A stretch of 64,000 nt of DNA from Candidatus Woesearchaeota archaeon (GTDB lineage: Archaea > Nanobdellota > Nanobdellia > Pacearchaeales > GW2011-AR1): positions 24,056 through 88,055 of the forward strand of contig CAYIGH010000001.1 in the NCBI GenBank assembly GCA_964362915.1, given 5' to 3'. Under the pieces are notes generated by a model. It made no database searches, was not told the origin of the DNA, and saw nothing but the letters and a program-made list of their open reading frames with translations. This document shows, piece by piece, positions 57,435 through 64,000 of the stretch (position 1 is the stretch's first letter; each line of letters opens with the position of its first letter). The translations under genes and the position numbers were made by a program.

Positions 57435-58336
57435 AAAAAATAAGCGTAGTTGTTCCACTTGCCCCTGATAGGGATCTAGAAATCTTAGAAAGTTTCAATC
57501 GATATAAAAAGGATATAAAGCTTATTGTTGAGACTGGTATAAACCCTTCGAGAAATAGAAATAAAGGGGCTGAGAAAAGCAATACTTGGCTGGTGGCCTT
57601 TTTGAATGCCCATTCTATTCTAACTGAAAATTGGGCAAAAGAGGTTAAGAAATTCTTTAAAGAGCATCCGGATATTGATATTGTTGGAGGACCGCAACTT
57701 ACTTTAAAAGATGACCCTATTTTTGAACGAGCCAGTGGTTATGCTTTAAGCTCAATTTTTGGAGCTGGAGAGGTTAGGTATAGATACAAGATAAAAGCTC
57801 TAAATCTAAATGCAAACGAAAAGCACTTAACTTCTGCAAATCTTATTTGCAGGAGACATGTCTTAAAAAAAATTAGATTTGATGAAGAATTGTGGCCAAG
57901 TGAGGACCCTAAATTTATATCTGATGCTATAAATGCCGGCTTTAAAGTTGCATATTCTCCAGATATTACTGTTTATCATAAAAGAAGGGGTAATTTATCA
58001 AGTTTAATTAAACAGATATTTAATTACGGCTTTACGCGAACAAGAAAAGAGGCACTTAGTGAGACATTGAAGAAACCTACTTTTTTAGTACCTGGCTTAT
58101 TTATTCTTTATTTGTTATTTATTCCTACTCTTGCTCTATTAAATCGGTATTTGCTAATTCCTCTTTTATTATATATTTCGCTGAATCTTTTCTTTAGCTT
58201 GTCTGAAGGCTTGAGAAATAAAGATAGCAAGACTATATTTTTATTGCCTTTATTGTTTTTCAGCATTCATGCTAGTTATGGCATTGGATTTTTATATGGT
58301 ACATTGACTAAAATTAATGCTGAAAAGAATATATAA
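57431..58336 (+). CDS. glycosyltransferase family 2 with C-terminal TM segments
   Basis: ISVVVPLAP... GT-A fold N-terminus. Three C-terminal TM helices. Confidence 0.55.
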   Translation: MKKISVVVPLAPDRDLEILESFNRYKKDIKLIVETGINPSRNRNKGAEKSNTWLVAFLNAHSILTENWAKEVKKFFKEHPDIDIVGGPQLTLKDDPIFERASGYALSSIFGAGEVRYRYKIKALNLNANEKHLTSANLICRRHVLKKIRFDEELWPSEDPKFISDAINAGFKVAYSPDITVYHKRRGNLSSLIKQIFNYGFTRTRKEALSETLKKPTFLVPGLFILYLLFIPTLALLNRYLLIPLLLYISLNLFFSLSEGLRNKDSKTIFLLPLLFFSIHASYGIGFLYGTLTKINAEKNI

Positions 58337-58366
58337 CTTTTTAAAGAAAAGAATGATTTAAATTAA

Positions 58367-59332
58367 ATGAAGGGCATTAGCATTATTATACCTACATATA
58401 ATGAGGAAAGAAATATAGGAAGTTGTCTAAAATCTATTTTTAATCAAAACTATCCGAAAAATAAGTTACAAGTGATTGTTGCAGATGGCGGTTCAACTGA
58501 TAGAACAGTTGAGATTGCAAAATCCCTTGGCGCTGATGTTTTGCATAACAAATTTAAGGTAGAGGAAAGAGGCAAACCTTATGCAATTAAGACAAAAGCC
58601 AATGGTGAAATAATTGGATTGATTGATGCGGATAATATTATTCCTGATGAAAAAGATTGGCTAAAGAGGATGATAAAACCTTTTGACGATAGGGAAATTT
58701 TTGCTAGCGATACGCTATATTATACTTATAGGAATTATGATAATTTAATAACAAAATATAATGCTTTAATTGGTGGTGACGACCCTATCGCATCATATTT
58801 CGGCATTAATGATAGATACTGTTATTTTACAGGAAAATGGACCGGAATGCCTCATCAAGAAATAGACAGAGGGGAATATATAGAAGTAACGTTCAATGAA
58901 GATAAAGTGCCTGCTTCTGGCTCAAATGGATTTTTTTTCAGAAAAAATATTTTTAATAAAGTTCAAAATGATCCCTTTGTACATCCTATTTTTATAAAAA
59001 ATCTAGTTAAAAAAGGATATAAAAAAATGGCAAAAATTAAGCAGGGGCTGATTCATGTACAAAATGGAAGCATAAAAACATTTTTTAAAAAAAAGTTAAG
59101 GAGAATAAGAAGGAGATATAATGGCAATATTAAGTGGGATGATAATTATAATATTGAAAAAAGAGATGTTATAAAGAATGTGATGTATATTTCTACTCTG
59201 ATATTGCCTATAAAAGATATGGTTCTTGGATTTTATAGAAAGCCCGATCTTAGCTGGATGTTTCATCCTTTTGCAACTTTTAGCTTATACTTTATTTATG
59301 GATACTATATAATTAAAGGCATGAAATATTAA
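58367..59332 (+). CDS. glycosyltransferase family 2
   Basis: ISIIIPTYNEERNIGSCLKSI...VADGGSTD. Confidence 0.75.
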   Translation: MKGISIIIPTYNEERNIGSCLKSIFNQNYPKNKLQVIVADGGSTDRTVEIAKSLGADVLHNKFKVEERGKPYAIKTKANGEIIGLIDADNIIPDEKDWLKRMIKPFDDREIFASDTLYYTYRNYDNLITKYNALIGGDDPIASYFGINDRYCYFTGKWTGMPHQEIDRGEYIEVTFNEDKVPASGSNGFFFRKNIFNKVQNDPFVHPIFIKNLVKKGYKKMAKIKQGLIHVQNGSIKTFFKKKLRRIRRRYNGNIKWDDNYNIEKRDVIKNVMYISTLILPIKDMVLGFYRKPDLSWMFHPFATFSLYFIYGYYIIKGMKY

Positions 59333-59397
59333 TTGAATAGTGATTAGATATATTTCAATATAGCAACCTTTTTATACAAAATCTTTGTCTAATACCA

Positions 59398-60255
59398 ATG
59401 AAAAAAAGAATAGCAATAATTGGGTCTAATGGGCAGATTGGACGCGAGCTTGTTAATAGGTTGCATAAGCATGATTTGATTTTATTTACACGTAAGGAAT
59501 TGGATATTACAAATTTTGAAGTTACAAGACATAATTTAAAGAACATAAATCCAGACGTTGTTATAAACACGGCCGCTTATCATAAGGTAGATGAATGTGA
59601 GAGAAACTCTGAGATGGCATATTTTGTTAACGCATCTGCTGTGAAAAATCTAGCAGATATCTGCAATGATTGCAACATTTGCTTAGTTCATTTTAGCAGC
59701 GATTATGTTTTTGATGGCAATAAAGGAAAGCCTTATACTGAAGATGATATTCCAAACCCTCTTAACATATATGGCAAGTCTAAATTAGAAGGGGAAAATT
59801 ATGCAAGACATGTAAGAAGACATTTATTAATAAGGACATCCTATGTTTTTGGAATAGGGGGAAGTAGTCAAAAGAGAACAAATCTTGTTGAGACCTTATT
59901 AAATGCCGGAATGAAAGGAGAAGTAAAAGCAGTTAATGATCATTTTTTCAGCCCAACATATGCTAGAGATCTTGCAGAAAAGATAGGTGAATTATTGGAA
60001 AAAGATAATTATGGCCTATACCATCTTACAAATTCTGGAGAATGCTCTGTTTACAATTTTGCAAGAAAGATATGCGAATTTAGCGAAATTAACTCAAAAA
60101 TTAATGCTATAAGCTTGGATGAGACTAATTCTGATCAGAAAAAAGCGAAGCGTCCGTATTATAGCGTATTAACTAGCATAAATCTTAAAAAGAGCGATAT
60201 ATCTCCAATGCAAGAATGGGAAAGTGCTTTAAAAGAATATCTAAAAGAAAGGTAA
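59398..60255 (+). CDS. rfbD: dTDP-4-dehydrorhamnose reductase
   Basis: MKKRIAIIGSNGQIGREL..., YxxxK (YGKSK), ~285 aa. Neighbours rfbC and rfbA. Confidence 0.7.
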   Translation: MKKRIAIIGSNGQIGRELVNRLHKHDLILFTRKELDITNFEVTRHNLKNINPDVVINTAAYHKVDECERNSEMAYFVNASAVKNLADICNDCNICLVHFSSDYVFDGNKGKPYTEDDIPNPLNIYGKSKLEGENYARHVRRHLLIRTSYVFGIGGSSQKRTNLVETLLNAGMKGEVKAVNDHFFSPTYARDLAEKIGELLEKDNYGLYHLTNSGECSVYNFARKICEFSEINSKINAISLDETNSDQKKAKRPYYSVLTSINLKKSDISPMQEWESALKEYLKER

Positions 60256-60258
60256 AAA

Positions 60259-60831
60259 ATGGAGTTTAAAAAGGAAAAGGAAATATTGAACGGGATCGTG
60301 GTGCTAGTCCCTGAAATATCTATAGATGAAAGAGGTTTTTTTATGGAGGCATATAGGAAAGATAAATTAAAAGAATTAGGTATTGAAGAGGAATTTGTGC
60401 AGGATAATCATTCCGGATCTGTTAAAAATGTTTTGAGGGGGATGCATTTTCAATGGGATCCTCCCATGGGAAAGTTAATGAGAGTATCTAAAGGAGAGGC
60501 TTATTTAGCAGCGGTTGATATAAGAAAGGACTCTCCGACATTTGGCAGATGGTATGGAGAGGTCGTCTCTGATAAAAATAGGAGACAAATCTGGGCTCCT
60601 GCAGGATTTGCAAGGGGTTTCTGTGCATTATCAGATTATATTGAAATCCAGTATAAATGCACAGGCATTTATAATCAAAGAGCCGAATCTGGAATATTAT
60701 GGAACGATGCAGGCATTAATATTGATTGGCCTATAAAAAATCCTATTCTTTCTCCTAAAGACAAAAATGCGCAGACTCTTTCTGAATGGCTGGAAAAGGA
60801 GGAATCTAATTGTTTTAGGTTTATAAAATGA
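60259..60831 (+). CDS. rfbC: dTDP-4-dehydrorhamnose 3,5-epimerase
   Basis: Cupin-type RmlC motifs (RGMHFQ, ...W.P.GFA.GF). Confidence 0.75.
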   Translation: MEFKKEKEILNGIVVLVPEISIDERGFFMEAYRKDKLKELGIEEEFVQDNHSGSVKNVLRGMHFQWDPPMGKLMRVSKGEAYLAAVDIRKDSPTFGRWYGEVVSDKNRRQIWAPAGFARGFCALSDYIEIQYKCTGIYNQRAESGILWNDAGINIDWPIKNPILSPKDKNAQTLSEWLEKEESNCFRFIK

Positions 60832-61883
60832 AAGTTTTAGTTAGTGGGGGAGCAGGATATATAGGAAGTGTTTTAATCCAAGAATTATTGGGGAGAGGAT
60901 ATGCTGTTAAAGTTTTTGACAAAATGTATTTTGGTAAAAAACATCTAGAAAATGGCGGATATGGAAGCAGGATTGAATTTGTACAGGGAGATATTAGAAA
61001 TTTCGATGCTTCTATTCTTAATGATGTTGGTGCTGTTATACATTTAGCAGGGCTTTCGAATGATCCTACTGCTGAATTTAATCCTAAAGCTAATATGGAG
61101 ATGAATTGCAACGGAACTAATGTTCTTGCTGAGGCGTGTATAGAAAAAGGAGTTTGTAAGTTTACCTATGCTTCCAGCGCTTCTGTCTATGACAAGGGCT
61201 TAATAGGGGAGAATGAACTACTTAATGAGGAAAGTAAAGTAGAGCCGATAGCTGCTTATTCTCAATCAAAATATTTAGGAGAGAGAATTCTACTTGATTT
61301 ATCAGAGAAAAACGACCGGTTTTGCCCAGTTATTTTAAGGCAGGGGACTGTATATGGGCAGAGTCCTAGGATGAGATATGACCTTGTTGTGAATACTATG
61401 GTGAAGAATGCTTTTATAAATGGGAGAATGAAAGTATTTTGCGGGGGAATGCAATGGCGTCCTTTAGTGGATGTCAGAGATGTTGCCAGAGCGCACATAG
61501 CTTGTCTTGAGGCAAAAGTAGAAGATGTGAAAGGAGAGATATTTAATATCGTATACGACAATTATCCAATTTTGGATTTAGCTCATAGAGTTAAAGAATC
61601 AATAAGAGGGATTAAGGATGTTGAGGTTGATGTAGATTATACTGGTGGGAGAATAGACCGAAGCTATAAAATATCTAAAGACAAGATAGAAGAAAAATTA
61701 AGGTTTAGATATCATGTTTCTGTAGAAAATTCAGCTAAAAATATGGCTCAGAACATTAAAAATTTCTTAGATAAGGGAGGAAAAACGAGTGATTTAGAAG
61801 ATGATTTTTATTATAATATTAAATGGATGGAGCATCTTGTAGATATGGAAAAGAGATTAAAAGAAATAGGTAATATTTTTTGA
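60828..61883 (+). CDS. NAD-dependent epimerase/dehydratase (putative dTDP-glucose 4,6-dehydratase or sugar 4-epimerase)
   Basis: GGAGYIGS Rossmann motif and YSQSK (YxxxK). Confidence 0.6.
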   Translation: MKVLVSGGAGYIGSVLIQELLGRGYAVKVFDKMYFGKKHLENGGYGSRIEFVQGDIRNFDASILNDVGAVIHLAGLSNDPTAEFNPKANMEMNCNGTNVLAEACIEKGVCKFTYASSASVYDKGLIGENELLNEESKVEPIAAYSQSKYLGERILLDLSEKNDRFCPVILRQGTVYGQSPRMRYDLVVNTMVKNAFINGRMKVFCGGMQWRPLVDVRDVARAHIACLEAKVEDVKGEIFNIVYDNYPILDLAHRVKESIRGIKDVEVDVDYTGGRIDRSYKISKDKIEEKLRFRYHVSVENSAKNMAQNIKNFLDKGGKTSDLEDDFYYNIKWMEHLVDMEKRLKEIGNIF

Positions 61884-62611
61884 CATTAATTAAAATGAAA
61901 GGTGTGATATTAGCAGGCGGAAGAGGAAGCAGACTCTCTAGCTTGACAAAAAGTATTGGAAAGCATTTGCTTCCTATATATGATAAGCCAATGATATTCT
62001 ATCCTCTTGAATTAATAAAAAAATTATTGATAAAAGATACACTTGTAGTGCTAAATAAAGAGTCTGCAGGAAAAACAATAGAACTTTTAGGAAATGGGGA
62101 AAATTTTGGCTTGGATTTATATTATAAAATTCAAGAACAGCCGAAGGGCATGGCACATGCTCTGTCTCTAGCTGAAAATTTTGCTAACGGGGGCAATATA
62201 GCGGTGCTGGTATGTGATAATGTTTTTGAAGACATTCCTGATATATCAAATTTTAAAGATGGTGCTAGAATCTTTTTAAAAGAAACTCAGGATGCTAATA
62301 AGTTTACAGTAGCTGGGTTATTTCAAGATAAGATATTAAGATTTGAAGAAAAACCTAATAAACCAAAATCAAACTATGCTGTTACAGGATTTTATTTATA
62401 TGATTCTAAAGTATTTGATTATATTAAAAAAGTAAAACCTTCTCCTAGAGGAGAATTGGAACTAGTAGATGTATTCAATGAATATGTCAAAGATGGAAAA
62501 ATTGATTATAGAATTTCATCTGGTTTTTGGACAGATACAGGCTCATTCGAGTCTTTATATAAAGCATCTGAATTTGTTAAAAATAATCCTAATATATTCA
62601 AATATGACTAA
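61880..62611 (+). CDS. rfbA: glucose-1-phosphate nucleotidyltransferase (RfbA/RmlA-like)
   Basis: MKGVILAGGRGSRLSSLTKSIGKHLLPIYDKPMIFYPL, the G-x-G-x-R-L motif. Confidence 0.75.
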   Translation: MTLIKMKGVILAGGRGSRLSSLTKSIGKHLLPIYDKPMIFYPLELIKKLLIKDTLVVLNKESAGKTIELLGNGENFGLDLYYKIQEQPKGMAHALSLAENFANGGNIAVLVCDNVFEDIPDISNFKDGARIFLKETQDANKFTVAGLFQDKILRFEEKPNKPKSNYAVTGFYLYDSKVFDYIKKVKPSPRGELELVDVFNEYVKDGKIDYRISSGFWTDTGSFESLYKASEFVKNNPNIFKYD

Positions 62612-63001
62612 ATTACTTTTTAATATTGCTCCTAAATCTAGTAGAGACTATATATACTGTTGCTGCTGAGATTATTCCTAAACTATTAAGAAATAAATCG
62701 AAAAGAGAAGGAACTCTGCCTGGGACAAATGACTGGTGGATTTCATCCGAAATGCCATAAATAATAGCAAGTATTATTGATAAAAAGGCCAGATTTATCT
62801 TTTTTCCTTTTATTAAAGATATAGATAAAAAAATGCGAGTAAGAAAAACATTATTATATGATATAATAATGCCCTATACCCTATTCCCCTGCTGCCCCCA
62901 TAAGACTCGAATGTTAATGAAGAAATATAAAATATTGCAGCAGCTATTATAACTGTAATTGCCCAAGAGATTTTATTATGCTTCTCAAACCAAGCTACCA
63001 T
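62612..63001 (-). pseudogene. disrupted paralog of the VanZ-like gene at 11508-11894 (N-terminal 62 aa in one frame, VanZ motif segment in another)
   Basis: ORF 62813-63001 starts MVAWFEKHNKISWAITV, near-identical to the start of 11508-11894. Reverse translation of ~62612-62800 in a different frame gives ...GISDEIHQSFVPGRVPSLFDLFLNSLGII (VanZ motif). Stop codons lie between the two frames. Confidence 0.5.
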
Positions 63002-64000
63002 TTTCCCTCTTTATTTCATATATGAACACGTCTTGCTTTATGTCTAAAAGATTAAATGTTGCGCCTTCTAAAGTCTTTGTGCGCTTTATATCCTGTTGGC
63101 CCGTAGAGAAATCTATTTTAGTATCCATGAATTTTATTTCCCACCCTGCAACTTGACCGTTATTGCCATAAGCTCTAGCCATCCAGTCAGGAGTTCCTGT
63201 CTGAGAAAATGAGATAAGTAAATATCTTGCATAGGGAAAATTCTTTAATCCATTAATAAAATCATCAAGGGGAAGTTGTTCCCCCGCCCCTGTCCAGCCA
63301 GCGATCTTATCAGGCTGTACAACATTCCTTTCTGCGTAATAAATAACTTGGGGAACTGCGACACTGATTATAACATCTTCTTGATTAGATAATTCCTTAA
63401 GATATATACTGGCTTGCCTAATGCCCTCGAAAGATCCCCCTTTATTTTTTATAATTGCATCTGCCTGAATAATTTCGTAATATCCGCCAAGAATAATTAG
63501 AATAAAAAGTGCAGCATATGCAAAGTACTTATTGTATTTTCTAAAAAAGTCCGTTATAAAGATTGAAGATCTGGCTATACAGACAAAAGAGCCCAATGCT
63601 AAAGGAAAGAACCATCTTCCTTCTCCAAAAACATCCTGAGTTCTTATTATTAATATAAAGAAAGCTAATGTTATCAAAATTGTAAATAGATTGAATAAAT
63701 CTGCCCTTACCGTTGTTTTTGTTAATTTTTTTAAATAGCCCAAAGATAAAAATATATTGGCTATTAATATGATGAAGCCTATCCAGTATAAGTAAAGAAG
63801 GATGCTTGGAATTGAGGTTGTTGAGCTGAAATAGGCAGGGAATACTCCTAAAGGAAGCAGATTTATTTTATTTTCAGGATGAAAATAGGCTCCAGACACT
63901 CCCTGTATCCTAGAAATAAATATTGACTTTTCCGCAAGAAAGAAAAGTAGGACACCTAGACTTAATGCTATCCAATTATATTTATCCTTTATAAGCTCTG
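62985..64000 (-). CDS. polytopic membrane protein, likely GT-C type glycosyltransferase; N-terminus lies beyond the window edge
   Basis: The reading frame stays open upstream of the listed start to position 64000 (hydrophobic ...LGVLLFFLAEKSIFISRIQGVSGAYF...). C-terminal soluble domain. Confidence 0.45.
   Translation of the reverse strand, partial: ELIKDKYNWIALSLGVLLFFLAEKSIFISRIQGVSGAYFHPENKINLLPLGVFPAYFSSTTSIPSILLYLYWIGFIILIANIFLSLGYLKKLTKTTVRADLFNLFTILITLAFFILIIRTQDVFGEGRWFFPLALGSFVCIARSSIFITDFFRKYNKYFAYAALFILIILGGYYEIIQADAIIKNKGGSFEGIRQASIYLKELSNQEDVIISVAVPQVIYYAERNVVQPDKIAGWTGAGEQLPLDDFINGLKNFPYARYLLISFSQTGTPDWMARAYGNNGQVAGWEIKFMDTKIDFSTGQQDIKRTKTLEGATFNLLDIKQDVFIYEIKRENGSLV

Noticed and set aside
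1-64000. Search for CRISPR arrays and rRNA genes
   Set aside because: No array of regularly spaced direct repeats and no rRNA-like conserved stretch was seen. The only short exact repeats are the 14-mer tRNA-end copies and the 27-mer pair at 25483-25583.

Overview
Visibly AT-rich archaeal chromosomal segment. Gene order, eukaryote-type ribosomal proteins, tRNA introns and giant surface proteins suggest a DPANN-like small-genome archaeon. Content by region: (1) 1-6300: partial YchF-like GTPase, an EgtD-like methyltransferase, two tRNAs with long introns (tRNA-Ile-like UAU and tRNA-Glu UUC), and a 4.3 kb all-plus-strand island of small genes (two toxin-antitoxin-like pairs, zinc-ribbon proteins). 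The island is bracketed by three direct copies of the 3'-end core of tRNA-Glu (CCCGGCAGGGGCAT), which looks like a scar of tRNA-targeted integration. (2) 7400-15700: conserved archaeal information-processing clusters. These are L21e-RpoF-DUF655, S13-S4-S11-RpoD (truncated), tRNA-Leu, Spt5-L11 (L11 with an unusual Ala/Lys/Glu-rich tail), tRNA-Pro, and L37ae-RpoP-prefoldin beta-SepF. (3) 17400-45400: cell-envelope region. It holds a CARDB-like acidic surface protein next to an archaeosortase-like membrane protein, a DedA protein, a 910-aa S-layer-like protein, an operon of four class-III-signal-peptide (type IV pilin-like) genes, Pop5, an HtrA-like protease and RNase J. It also holds a dockerin-bearing secreted protein, a 765-aa parallel beta-helix protein, a HepT/MntA pair, and a DsbA-like oxidoreductase directly next to a 1977-aa Cys/Trp-rich, sequon-dense giant surface protein, plus prefoldin alpha. 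(4) 46400-62600: N-glycosylation island with AglB/STT3, a GPT-family transferase, a flippase, several GT2 and GT-C glycosyltransferases, and dTDP-rhamnose genes (RfbA/C/D plus an epimerase/dehydratase). The window ends with a disrupted VanZ-like paralog and a partial GT-C membrane protein. No rRNA or CRISPR array was seen.
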